Notes under the pieces: generated by a model
What the model saw: the letters and a program-made list of their open reading frames with translations, nothing else
Databases searched by the model: none
What the model was told of the DNA's origin: nothing
Source of the DNA: Basidiobolus meristosporus CBS 931.73
Taxonomy: Eukaryota > Fungi > Basidiobolomycota
Reading direction: 5' to 3'
Assembly: GCA_002104905.1 (NCBI GenBank)
Contig: MCFE01000272.1
Location: forward strand, 1 to 64,000
DNA length: 64,000 nucleotides
Program-made: the position numbers and the translations under genes
Shown: positions 12,461-25,400 of the stretch, piece by piece
Layout: each line of letters starts with the position of its first letter
Position numbering within the stretch: the first letter of the stretch is position 1

Positions 12461-13115
12461 GTCTATTGGGGTAGCTGCTAGTGTACAGTCTTCCATTTGG
12501 TACTTCTTTAGTGTATCTTAAATATACTTAGTTTGACTTAGGGTGATAGTCAGGTACTTTTGTTGATGGAGTAGCTTATCCCTAAGTAGCAACTATGTTC
12601 TCTGAGATCAGACATCTTGAACTGAATCTAACTTGATATTTTATGCTCTTGGTAATTTTTAAAACCATATAGAGATTCTCAAGCTTGCAGACCAAATGGG
12701 GGTAATCTTGATCAACAAATCCATTAGGCTGGTCCATGTAAGTGTCCTTGTCAGGCCTCTATTATAAATGCAGCTCTATATCCATTTGATGTATAAGAAA
12801 CTTATGTGTGGCTAAAATAGCCAATATTAATCTGATGCAGATGAACTTGGCTACCAGTGCAATGGTCACAGTCTAGTCAAGTCCTTTTTCTAGAGAGTAT
12901 TCTTTGGCAAAAAGTATGCTTTATATCTTTCAATTGAACCACCGGCCTTGTATTTTGTCCTGAAGATCTATCTGCATCCTACTGATTTTTGGTTGATTGG
13001 TAATGTGACGAAGTCCCAAATTTGCATTTCCATCAGAGCCCAATACTCCTCAGTGATTGCAGATCTCCAGGACTTTGTCTGCAGGCCATTTAGGGTTTCT
13101 TTTGTATTTTGGGAC
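12461..13115 (-). pseudogene. pol: Copia C1-family RT fragment, continuation of 1302-1847; right end approximate
   Basis: Homologous to C1 RT at ~59170-59960. Confidence 0.85.
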
Positions 13116-13119
13116 TCTT

Positions 13120-16100
13120 GAGCTACAAAGATTTTCATTGGTGATGATAGAACACATGATGCACTGTGATAAGGAATGGTACAAGTAAACCTTAGAAGCA
13201 GTCAAGGAAGCCATACATTAACATTTAAAGGAGTACTCTTTGTATGCAAAATAGCCAAGAATCAACTATCTGTAAGCAAGGCCACAGCTGAAGGACTCAG
13301 TTTCAGCTTTAACAATTGGGGATGAAGGATCACCAATCAAAATGGTGCCAATATTATTTTTGGTATCAGAGATCAGAATCTCTATAATTTGAGTTATATT
13401 CCATAATATCTGGAAGCCAATATAAGTAACTCAAACAAAGAAACACCAATGCTTTGGCACAGGAGATTTAGACACATCAATTTTGATTATTTGCTCAAAA
13501 AGGTTGAAGATCAGCTAGTTTCTGCAGTAAAAGTTTATCCCCCAGCTAACTTGTAGCACTGTAAAGCCTGCATATATAGGAAACAAGCCAGAAAGCTGCT
13601 CAAGAGCTATGAGCTGATTAAGACTAAGAAAACACTAGATCTAATTCACTCAGATCTGTGTAGACCTATGCAAAACTGTCATTAGGCACAACAAGTTTTT
13701 GATCACTTTTATTGATAATTATATAAAGTACATGTTAGTCTACTTTATAGAGGGAAAGGAAGAAGCTCTGTCTAAGCTTGGGGAGTTTAAAACCATAGTG
13801 CAGAGAAAAACTGGGAAAAAATCAAGAAAATATGCTCCAACAATGGTGGAGAATACACCTCAAAACTCTTCATCCACTTCTGCAAAACTCATGATATAAA
13901 GCAAGAAGCTGCTGTACAAGTCTTTCTACAGCTAAACAGTGTAGCAGCGCATGCAAACAGATCAATAATTTAGATGGCAAGATCTATGATCCAAGATCAA
14001 AAATTATCCTATGATTTTTTAGCACAAGCGGCTGCCCTAGCTATATACCTTATAAATAGGAGTTATAGAAGAGTTCTTGGTAGCTCTACTTGACTTGAAG
14101 CATTTTATGGATACAGACCAGTGCATAGCATCTAATATTACTTGGGTGTAGAGCATATACCAAGATACTGCCTGGAAATCAGTTAAAATTTGAGCCAAAC
14201 AGTGTAATATGTATTTCTTTGGGCTACTGCAATGAGTGTAAAGCATACTGACTCTACAGTAACAATGCAAAGAAGCTGATCAAGTCAAGGATGTGATGTT
14301 TGATCAAATTCAAAATTTTCACATGAAATGACATCAGATGATGACAAAAATCTGACCTAAAGTCCACCAACTGTCAGGATTTAATCAGAGCAAAACAATG
14401 AGTATTTTCTGCTCCAGAGGACTCTACAACCATAGCACAGCCTAAAATAGTGCTCAGGAATATTCCAGAAGTGATCATTCCAGTATCCAGTGCCTGGATA
14501 TCCAACCAGACAAGAAAATATCCAAGTTTTCATATCAATGAGGGCATAAACCTAGTTTATGCCTATTTAGTCCATATTGATGGGGCCCAGACTGTAAAAG
14601 AGGGCCTAACTAGCCCTCAGACAAAGTTCTGCGGATCTGCAATGACTGAGGAATTTCAGGCCCTAATAGAATGTCTAACTTGGGACTTAGTCACATTACC
14701 AATCAATCAAAAAATAATTGGATGCAAGTAGATCTTCAAGACAAAATACCAGCCTGATGGAACAGCTGAAAGACACAAAGCAAGACTTGTGGCCAAAGGA
14801 TACTCTCAAGCAAATGACTTGACTATAATGATACCTTTGCACCAGTAACCAAGTTTAATTTCATCAGATTGGTAATGGCTATTGCAGCCTAACATAAGTT
14901 CTTTATTCATCATATGGATGCAAAAGCTGCATTTGAATGTAAAGCTTGATGAGGATGTGTATATGGACCAGACTGATGTGTTTGTAGACCCAGATAACCC
15001 CTATTAGGTCTGCAGGATTAAAAAGTCTTCATATGGACTCAAAATACCAAGAGCCTGGAATTGCAAAATAGATTCTTATTTGAGATTATTGAGTCCCAAA
15101 AGAAATAATGCTAACTATAGTATATACTATTGGCAAGATGGAGCAGATCCAGTATTGTTAGCTCTACATGTGGATGATTTTTTTATAGCCATCAATAAGC
15201 TAAAAACATTGGAAGAGACTAAGTCTATCCTATCTGAAGAGTTGATGATGTCCAACTGAGGAGAGCTCAGTTACTACTTAGGGATAAATTCTCCATATAC
15301 AGAAGTCCCCAGACTATCACCCTAAGCCAATACAAGTATATTGAAGATATACCCAAGAAGTCCCAAAGGATGACTGAAAACTGGCAGCTACCCCAATGAA
15401 GACAAATATTAACTTGGTCAAAACTGAACCAATTCATGAGAGCCTGGTGCCATTTGAAAGCCCTGGCTTTCCTTATAGTTCTGTGGCTGGCAGTCTGATA
15501 TATATCTTGCTTAGAGCATGTCCAGATATCTTATATTCAGTGGGAATTGTTAGCCAGCAGGATCAGAACTATGGATCTGATCATATTGCAGCAGTTAAGA
15601 GGATTTTTAGATACCTAAAAGGAGCTGCTGATATCTGCTTAAGGTACACCTATAAGGACTCAGGACAGGATCCTGTGGGATACTTTGATGCTGGTTGGGG
15701 AAAAAAATTGGAAGACAGAAGATATACCACAGGATAACCCTTTCTTCACTGTAAAGGATCAATTTCATGGAATTCAAGAATGCAACCAACCATAGCACTT
15801 TATACAACAGAGGTAGAGTATATGGCAGCCTGTGAAGCTCCAAAACAAGCAATGTGGTTAAGGAAGTGTTTTAGCAATTTAGACTTACATCAAAAAATGC
15901 ATATTAATTAATTTCAAGATAATCAAGGATGTATACAATTGGGTTCAAATCCAACTTTTCATGTTATAACTAAGCACATAGATATTAGACACCGTTTCAA
16001 ATATCAAGCTATAGAGACTATCTTGGTTAACTTAGCTTACTGTCCTACAGATGAAATGATTGCTGATGTATTTGCCAAACCATTAGCAAGTGACAGTCTG

Positions 16101-16498
16101 AATAACTTAAGTCAAAATTAGGACTACTCAATATGAACATTGAGTTGAGTGGGGGTGTTTAAGTTTGTACTTCAACCTGTATACTCACCTAGCTTATTCA
16201 CTTAGAGCATTACCTTCAAATCCATGAGAATACTAGTCAAAATACTTGTTGGGATTTACTTAGAATATTTTCTCCAAAATATTAAATACCCAGGGCATGA
16301 AAATTCGCAATTTGTCAAATAGCCCCACACTTTGCACACATGCTCTTGAGACCATCCTAAATCTATTCTACGTTTTTGTTATGCCAAGATCATTTTAAAG
16401 TATAAGTACTACTTTTACAATCATTAAATCATAAAGTAAAATCACATAACCGGCTTGTTCTCCCAATTACTTCTAATATCTCCATGAATCTTACAACA
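13120..16498 (+). mobile_element. pol: 5'-truncated Copia (C1 family): protease end, GAG-pre-integrase, integrase, RT, RNase H, PPT, 3' LTR 16156-16498
   Basis: [26 protein letters not shown] and ITKHIDIRH motifs; GAGTGGGGG PPT; LTR TG...CAACA matches the C1 LTRs. Confidence 0.9.
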
Positions 16499-16786
16499 GT
16501 CAGCTAATGATAGTAGTATACTGCTCAAATCCTGTTACAAACTTCTTGCATAAAAGCTGCAGATGTGTCAAGTTGGTATTGGTAATCCACTACTAGATAA
16601 CTATTTCTACAATATCAACATAAGACTCCCAGCACTTGCAATGTACTCTTGATAGACACAACTCTGGGAGGCCACTAAAATAACTACATATCCACTTCTT
16701 CCAGTCTTTATTTGTATTGCTTCATATGCATATGAATATTGATTAGAGCCAATGGAAAGTACTTTGTGTAGCAGATTATATATGAT

Positions 16787-17520
16787 AGACTTGTTCTGTT
16801 GGATAGTGTCACATTGAGCCATGAGTGCCAAATGATGCCATAGTGTGCCAGAGAGACCAAGTGAGCCTATACTTGGCCACAGAGTGTGAAACATAGATCT
16901 GTATCTTCTTGCAAAGCATCCCCTGTGTTTCACCTATGATGCAGGAGAAAATCTATTTTTTGACGTTTTTTTGTGGATCAATATTGTGCAGGATGTGCAA
17001 GAGCACTAGAGGATTGAAGATATGCATCTGGTACTCAATACCCATGGCACTCTGAGTCTAGCTCCTGTGGCTTGTAACATGTCGCAAAAATGCATGGCAC
17101 TATCTTGGTCCACTGGTACTATCCGGCACTATATTTAAATATTAGCCCTAAAGTAAGATCAATACAAAGCACTTATAGTGCCAAATAGTACCAGTGGACC
17201 AAGATAGAGCCATGCATTTTTGTGACACGTTACAAGCCACAGGAGCTAGACTCAGGGTGCCATGTGTATTGAGTACCAGATGCATATCTTCAATCCTTTA
17301 GTGCTCTTGCACATCCTGTACAACATTGACCTAAAAAAAAAGGTCAAAAAATGGATTTTCTCCATCACAATGAGTGAGACATAGGGGCTGCTTTACATGA
17401 AGATGCAGATCTATGTTTCACGCTCTGTGGCCAAGTGTAGGCTCACTTGGCCTCCCTGGCACACTATGGCATCATTTGGCACTCATGGCTCAATGTGACA
17501 CTATCCAACAGAACAAGTCT
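16787..17520. mobile_element. Fold-back MITE, copy 2: arms 16787-17133 and 17174-17520, 40-bp spacer
   Basis: Same length, termini and spacer as copy 1; flanks GAT/AAT. A 3-bp TSD restores the length of the uninterrupted site (~3380-3400). Confidence 0.92.
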
Positions 17521-19375
17521 AATATCTTGACAAGTCTTTTGAATTTCTCCAGTGTCTTGAAGGCCTCATTTAGCCTGAAATGACTCATATACAACCTGGG
17601 CATTAGTATAGTATTGAAATATTGTTGAAAAGTAAATGCATTGCTTCCAGTGGAGAGCTTTGCTCCAACACATATCCTAATCTAAAATACCTCCAGTTTC
17701 CAATTGATTCCATATTCCAGCCAATGACTTATAGATTGCCAACTTTGCTGCAATTGCATGCCAACTTCTATAAGTTCTCTGTCAGAAGATGATGTTCTTA
17801 GTGGTAATGTTTGGGTAATAACAATGTGTGAGTTATGGAATAAATCCATTGGATCTCACAAATTGAACAGCAATACTCTGGATTGTCTCCAGAAGTAGCT
17901 GTCTATCTTGCTGATGGCTGGGGTATCTCCAATGCAAACAACAATATGCACTTGTATATGATAGCAAGTTAGTAGTATCTCACTGGAATACACACATAAA
18001 TCAATCTGTAATGGATACAGATATCTGTTCAGGCTGGATGGCAATTTAGGCCCAGATATCAGTGAGACTACCAACAAACTTCTGCTCTGATACAGTAAGA
18101 CAGGTAGCATCTTCAGGTTGATGAGAATCAGTAGCCAGCTAGATTCACTGGTAGAGTGCTGATATAACAAAAATCCATCAAGTGCCAAGAGAAAGGAATG
18201 GTCATACATACCTTCAGAATAGCTCTTGCTTCTTAGTCACCTGTAAAGTTTGCCATCATGTATATTGCAAATGTTGGCACTTCATTTATGCCAAGTGTGG
18301 TGTAGTGGGGTGACAGTGAAACCCACTGACAGATGTGCTCATTCCCTTATTTTCTACTTCCCTATATCTCTACTACACTTATTTTAGTTTTATCCCATTT
18401 GTCTTACCCAATCAGTGCTATCCCATAAGCCGGTTGACTATCACACCTGCTTACCTTATTGCATATGTTACCCCTCACTTTATGTAAGATTACTAGCTAG
18501 AAGTACTTCTATATTAGGCAAGTACCTGCACCAGTACCCATGACACATGATCAATCCATGTCACCATCCCTACAATTTCCATACCATATATGGTATCCCC
18601 ATGTTACACAGGTTTCAGAATACTGATTCCTGATTGGTTGGATGTGCTGTGCCTCTTAGAACCTTCCAGCACCTACTTAGAACATTCTTAGGTCATTCTG
18701 ATGTCATTAAGATTTCTATTGATCTCCGGAACCTTCTGGAACACCATGATTAATAATCACTTAGCCAGTGAGAAAAGTATATAAGGGAGGCTATCCCTCT
18801 ACAATAAATCATCATCCCTTTTATCAATATACCAACTTGTTGATTAGTGTGATCACTGCTACCTGCTGCTACCTGAACTTCCAACCCCAGACCACAGGAC
18901 ACTCCCAGGAAACCACGCTGACAGCCAACTGACCTTGGAGGCACTACTTGTGAGGAATACTCAGAGTAGGTATCTTTTATTATATTTGATTCTTTCCCAA
19001 GTTTGTTCTTGTACAGGCAAAGATACTTTTCTGTCTTTGTAACTATTGACCACAGCTGCATTCTTATCAAGTCCCTGCTGGTGGAGTTTACAGCTGTTTT
19101 GACTTTGGAAGCTTTAGTACATTGTCATCTCAAAGGACGCTGAACCCAGCACATACTTTTGTTAAGACACCAACTAAGTTGGGGATTGTAGCTCAATAGT
19201 TTTCCCTTGACAAGCTTGTGGCTTTATTCCCCTTCACATTAGATTGGAGACAGAATCCAAGTATTCCTAGCAAGCTTTTGCCAGAGGTTATCGCACCCAG
19301 TGAACACCCCACACACAAAACACTTGAAAAGTGTTGAACGTATCTCTCCCTTGGACCTATACACCACCACATATT

Positions 19376-19392
19376 TGGCACCCAATGTGGGG
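19376..19392 (+). promoter_or_regulatory. Primer-binding site, tRNA-Lys(CUU)-type with two CpG decays
   Basis: TGGCACCCAATGTGGGG versus the known Lys1,2-type PBS TGGCGCCCAACGTGGGG; 4 nt downstream of the LTR. Confidence 0.8.
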
Positions 19393-19511
19393 GTTTCATA
19401 CAAGCTCCCTATGACCCAACAAGATTTACCTGAATATTTGAGCTGTTATCCACCTATTGAAAAGAGACTACCAATATTACCAAGATTACAACACCAACCT
19501 ACCTGCCCAAA

Positions 19512-22500
19512 ATGAACTCTATGCCATTACCACTTTCACATGGAGCCCCACAGTTTGATGGAAAGAATGTGGAAAGCTTCATATTCAAATGGGAGAAGCT
19601 CTGCAAGATGTGCAGCCTATCTGAACAAGAAATGGCTGAAGAATTCCCCTACTACTGCACCAATAATATTACCACTAAGCTTCTCAGACAAGGAGACATT
19701 CTCACTGACTGGGCCTTAATGAAGACCTACCTACAGACCAAGTATGGTAGACCCCATATATACTATGGAATTGAAGACCTCAGGCACTTTGGAAGAACTG
19801 GACTTTCCAAGCTACCACTTGAAGAGTTCATTCAACAGTATGAAGATATGGCCAAGCCACTCCTAGAGTCCCAGGCTATAACTGAGTTTACCATGACACT
19901 TTACCTTGCACAAGGGCTTCCCCAGGACTTGGCAAGGAAAGTTGACTTTCATGCAGCCAAGGATGACAAGTCTGGCATTCCTTGCTTTGCAGAGATGAAA
20001 CGTGTTCTCCTAGAGGCAAAACAAACTTCTACCTTTATGAGACTCCTGACATCTAATCTGCCAGACCAGTCAACCAAGGAGCCAAGGAGTGCTGCTGCTG
20101 ACAATCAGACCTACACTACTGACAGAATTGACCAACTTGCTGAACAGCTACAAAAACTAGCCCTCAAGATTAATGGCTTGGCTGAGGTTGCTACTGAGGG
20201 ACAAAGAGCTTTGCCCAGGCACTGCATCTGGTGTGACTCTACTCAGCATGCCAGACAAGAATGCTCAGAGCTTAGTCAGCTACTCAGAGAAGGAGCAGTA
20301 CAGTTTGATGCTGATGGAATGCTTGCTGACAAGGAAGGAGGAAGGATTCCCACTAATTTCCAAAGAGGAGGAATGAGAGCCCTTTTCCAGAAATCTGACT
20401 CAGCAACCAGAAAGATTACTGCTGATGCCCCTATTGGGACTCATAAAGTGAATCCAAGCAGCCCTGACAACAGACAATACAAAGTTGATGCCTTTGCTAC
20501 CAAAAGACACCTCCCTGAAGAACCTGCCAAACCCATCCTTGGAAGACCACTATTTGAAGAACCTGAAGTTGTTATTGACAAGAGACCTAGTATGCTGCCC
20601 ACCCAAGATCCATTGCCTCACATTCAGATGACCTCAAAGATAGCAAGCTACTCAAGCCCTCAACTGATTACTGAGAAGCTGCTGAAGCAGAACCTCACTT
20701 TGTCAATTGGAAAAATCATGAGTGTATCCCCATCTGTTAGGAAGACCTTTGATGAGCAGCTTAGAACAAGACAACAAGCTGTTGAACATATGGACACCAA
20801 TATAATTCAGACAAACCATGAAGACCACCAAAAGGACAACGACACTACTGAATATAAGACCTTTTACTCAGTTGCAACTGCTGTGGTGAAAGGATATATA
20901 TATGATGACCCTGTTGACTGCCATATTGACAGTGGCTCAGAGATTTGTGTTATGCCGCTAGACTTCTGGAAGACACTTAGAAGCAAGGAGCTACTGCCTG
21001 TTGATAGAGATATTGGATGGAACTTGACTGATGCAAACTCAGGATCTAGTCCACTCTACGGTGTAGTGCACAAGTTCCCTATTGAGGTACAAGGAATCAA
21101 GGTCTGGCTTCCCCTCTTCATCTGCCAGAAGGCAAACTTTGACCTTCTGCTAGGTAGACCATGGGAAACCAGTACTAAGGCTACAACTACCAACTATTCC
21201 AATGTGTCAGTATGGTACACCATACAAGGATCCAACCCAGGACTACAGTCAACCTTCTGTGGTGTAACACACAACAATAAGAGGACACATACTGCTTGCC
21301 AGAAGACACATCTTATTATGGAAGAAGATGAGGAGCCTGACAATATACACCCCAACATTTGGAGCCGCTCATTAGGTATACAGGAGCAGACTGCTATGGT
21401 TTGGACAAAATACAAGACAGTAGAACAGAAGATTAGACCATCACTTACACCTTTGACTGATGGATCCCAACCTGCTGATTACATTAGACCGCCAGAAGAA
21501 ACACCAGATGATACACAACTTACACCTGAGAGACTTAAGCAACTTATCATTGGTGATGGAAACCTAACACCAGAGGAGACACTATTATTCAAGGAGACCT
21601 TGAAAAGGCATGATAAGATCTTCTCATATAATGACAAGGAGATGGGACTCTTAAAGACATTGGTTGAAAAACCCATCAAGATTCATACAGTGCCCCACAC
21701 ACCCTGGTCATTTAAGCCTTACCCACTGCCCAGAGGACTCCAAGCTGATGTGCATGACCTACTTAAGAAGAAGATAGAAGCTGGTATCCTAGAACCTTGC
21801 CATGGACCCTATGCTAACAGATGGTTTGTGACCAAAAAGAAGAATGGAAAGCTCCAATTCATTCAAGACATGCAACCTGCAAATGCTGTCACTATCAGAG
21901 ATGCTGCTATACCTCCATCTATTGATGACTTTGCAGAAAGCTTTAGTGGCCACTCCATCTACTCAACATACAATCTCTACTCAGGATATGACCAGATTCC
22001 CCTTGATGAGACATCAAGAGATATGTTTGCACTACAGACACCATTTGGACTATTAAGGATGGCAAGACTCAGCCAAGGGGCTACAAACTCCGTGGCTCAG
22101 TTCCAGAGATGCATGGTGAATGTGCTATACCAGTTTATACCTGAGAAACCTGCTGTCTTTGTTGATGACATAGGCATCAAAGGACCAAAAACCCGGGACA
22201 CCACTGAAGTCATGCTTGGAGTCAGAAACTTTGTCTATGATCATATTTCAGACAATGATGCCATATTAGGAGCCATTGAAGAAGCTGGACTCACCATCAG
22301 TGGTGAGAAAAGCAGCTTTGGTGTATCAGAGATATCCATTGTTGGACAAAAATGCAATACCTTTGGTCGCTCACCTGGAGATTCCAAGACACAAAAGATA
22401 TGCAGCTGGCCTACCCCCACAAATCTAACACAAGCTTGTGGCTTTGTGGCAGCTTGAGGGTTCTTTAGGATCTGGATCCCAAGATTTTCTGAGATAGCAG

Positions 22501-22985
22501 AACCAATCTACCAACTACAGAGAAAGAATACCCCATCTATCTGGGGAGAAGAGCAAGAAGAAGCCATGCAATTACTGAAAGAGGCCTTAGTATCTCCACC
22601 AGTTCTAAGACCTCTTGACTATCAAAACACTGAATGCCCACCTATTTTGACAGTGGATGCAAGCCCTATAGGAGCTGGAGCACTACTTGGACAAGATGAT
22701 GAAGACGGCAACCGCTATGCCTGCAGATATGAGAGCTGCCTACTCTCACCCAGAGAACAAAGATACTCACAGATTAAGAGAGAGCTACTAGGAGTTGTGA
22801 AGATGCTGAGGAAGCTGAAGTCACAACTCTATATGACACATTTCATCCTGGAGACAGATGCCAAGCCACTTATAGGAATGATCAACAAGCCTGACCTACC
22901 TGATGATGCCACAAACTGATGGATGGCATGGCTGAAAATGTTTGACTTTGAGGTCAGACACATCCCTGGCAAGACAAATGTTTGC
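19512..22985 (+). CDS. gag-pol: Gypsy A gag-pol polyprotein: 981-aa open frame, then RNase H through two in-frame TGA; truncated before integrase
   Basis: CIWCDSTQHARQEC (CCHC knuckle), HIDSGSE (protease), QGATNS..VFVDDIGIKGP (RT), VDASPIGAGA..ETDAKPL (RNase H). Confidence 0.93.
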
Positions 22986-24720
22986 TTTGACCCAAGTTCA
23001 AAGCTGAGAGGGGTGTGGATGTAGTGGGGTGACAGTGACACCCACTGACAGATGGGCTCATTCCCTTATTTTCTACTTCCCTATATCTCTACTACACTTA
23101 TTTTAGTTTTATCCCATTTGTCTTACCCAATCAGTGCTATCCCATAAGCCGGTTGACTATCACACCTGCTTACCTTATTGCATATGTTACCCCTCACTTT
23201 ATGTAAGATTACTAGCTATAAGTACTTCTATATTAGGCAGGTACCCGCACCAGTACCCGTGACACATGATCAACCCATGTCACCATCCCTACAATTTCCA
23301 TACCATATATGGTATCCCCATGTTACACAGGTTTCAGAATACTGATTCCTGATTGGTTGGATGTGCTGTGCCTCTTAGAACCTTCCGGCACCTACTTAGA
23401 ACATTCTTGGGTCATTCTGATGTCATTAAGATTTCTATTGATATCTGGAACCTTCTGGAACACCATGATTAGTAATCACTTAGCCAGTGAGAAAAGTATA
23501 TAAGGGAGGCTATCCCTCTACAATAAATCATCATCTCTTTTATCAATATACCAACTTGTTGATTAGTGTGATCACTGCTACCTGCTGCTACCTGAACTTC
23601 CAACCCCAGACCACAGGACACTCCCAGGAAACCACGCTGACAGCCAACTGACCTTGGAGGCACTACTTGTGAGGAATACTCAGAGTAGGTATCTTTTATT
23701 ATATTTGATTCTTTCCCAAGTTTGTTCTTGTACAGGCAAAGATACTTTTCTGTCTTTGTAACTATTGACCACAGCTGCATTCTTATCAAGTCCCTGCTGG
23801 TGGAGTTTACAGCTGTTTTGACTTTGGAAGCTTTAGTACATTGTCATCTCAAAGGACGCTGAACCCAGCACATACTTTTGTTAAGACACCAACTAAGTTG
23901 GGGATTGTAGCTCAATAGTTTTCCCTTGACAAGCTTGTGGCTTTATTCCCCTTCACATTAGATTGGAGACAGAATCCAAGTATTCCTAGCAAGCTTTTGC
24001 CAGAGGTTATTGCACCCAGTGAACACCCCACACACAAAACACTTGAGAAGTGTTGAACATATCTCTCCCTTGGACCTATGCACCACCACAGTGGTACTGT
24101 ATAGCTTTGCCATAGTTGTTGGACAGTATTAGCTTCTTCAGATGGGGTATTACCTTTGGTGCTTTATAACTTCTCAAAATTTGTTGGACTGCACAAGCTT
24201 CTTTACTTATGGTATTACTGGAGTATATCCAGATAGTGAAAAATATTTTCCTCCTATGGTGGTGGACACCTGACAGGTTGGACACCTTGCAATGGTGGCA
24301 TTTTCAGATGTGAACACCATACAATTGTAACACATGCTGGTAATGGGAAGGTCTCCAGGTCATATGTTGCCAGCTGCATGACAGTTTTCTGTTTGTAGCA
24401 TGTACATGGTAGCTTGCATCCCAGAATGATTTTTGCGATAGGTTGTAGTAAACCCTCAGAGCCTCAAATACTGATAGATGTAAAAACCAGCCATTTCCCT
24501 AGCCAATTCATTACATCATTCACCAGTAGTTGGATTACCTGGCTTACTTGGCTCCAAATAATATCCTTGGCATTTTCACCGTGGGCATTGACTCATAGCA
24601 TATTAGGATCTTACTGGGTCCATTCAGAGTACTGCTGTTATGGGAGAGAGGCTTGCAATCCATCCATGAGCCTTCTTCTTCAGAGTACTCACTGTGTAAG
24701 CCATTTTCAGAAGACTGCGG

Positions 24721-25400
24721 TGTAGTGGGGTCACAGTGACACACACTTACAGATGTGCTCATTCCAATAGTTTCTACTTCTCTATTTCTCTACAACACTT
24801 ATTTTAGTTTTATCCCATTTGTCTTACTTGATCATTACTATCCCATAAGCCAGTTAACTATTATACCTGCTTACCTTATGGTATAACTTATCCCTCACTT
24901 TATGTAAGATTACTAGCTGTAAGTGCTTGAATATTAGGCAGATACCCACACCACTACCTGTGACACATGATCAACCCATGTCACCATCCTTACCATCTCC
25001 ATACCGTATATGGTGTCCCTATGTTATACATGTTTCAGAGTGCAAATTCCTGATTGGTTGGATGTGCCATTCCTCTTAGAACCTTCTGGACCTACTTAGA
25101 ATACTCTTAGCTCATTCTGATGTCATCAAGATTTCTATTGATATCCAGAACCTTCTGGAACATTGTGATTAGTAATTACTAAGCCAGTGAGAAAAGTATT
25201 CAAGGGAGGCAATCCCTCAACAATAAATCATTATCCCTTTCATCAATATTCTGACTTGTTGATTAGTGTGATCACTGCTACCTGAACTTCCCACCCCAGA
25301 CTACAGGACAATCCCAGGAAACTATGCTGACAGCTAACTGACCTTGGAGGCACTACTTGTGAGGAATACTCAGAGCAGTTTTCCCTCAACAAGCTTGCAG
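24721..25400 (+). repeat. Partial, internally deleted LTR of Gypsy A; right end approximate
   Basis: Starts TGTAGTGGGG after GCGG; collinear with LTR-A up to GAATACTCAGAG, then jumps to the GTTTTCCC segment. Confidence 0.88.

Larger units (their letters stand above)
18301..24090 (+). mobile_element. Ty3/Gypsy family A element with two 1071-bp LTRs (18301-19371, 23020-24090), 4-bp TSD GTGG, integrase deleted
   Basis: Near-identical LTRs TGTAGTGG...CCACCACA; GTGG at 18297-18300 and 24091-24094; PBS at 19376; PPT GAGAGGGGTGTGGA before 23020. Confidence 0.96.

Noticed and set aside
18750-19070. Recurring antisense ORF MIRMQLWSIV... (also 23469-23789, 52569-52751)
   Set aside because: It recurs only because it lies in the LTR, has a non-ATG start, and is broken in other copies.
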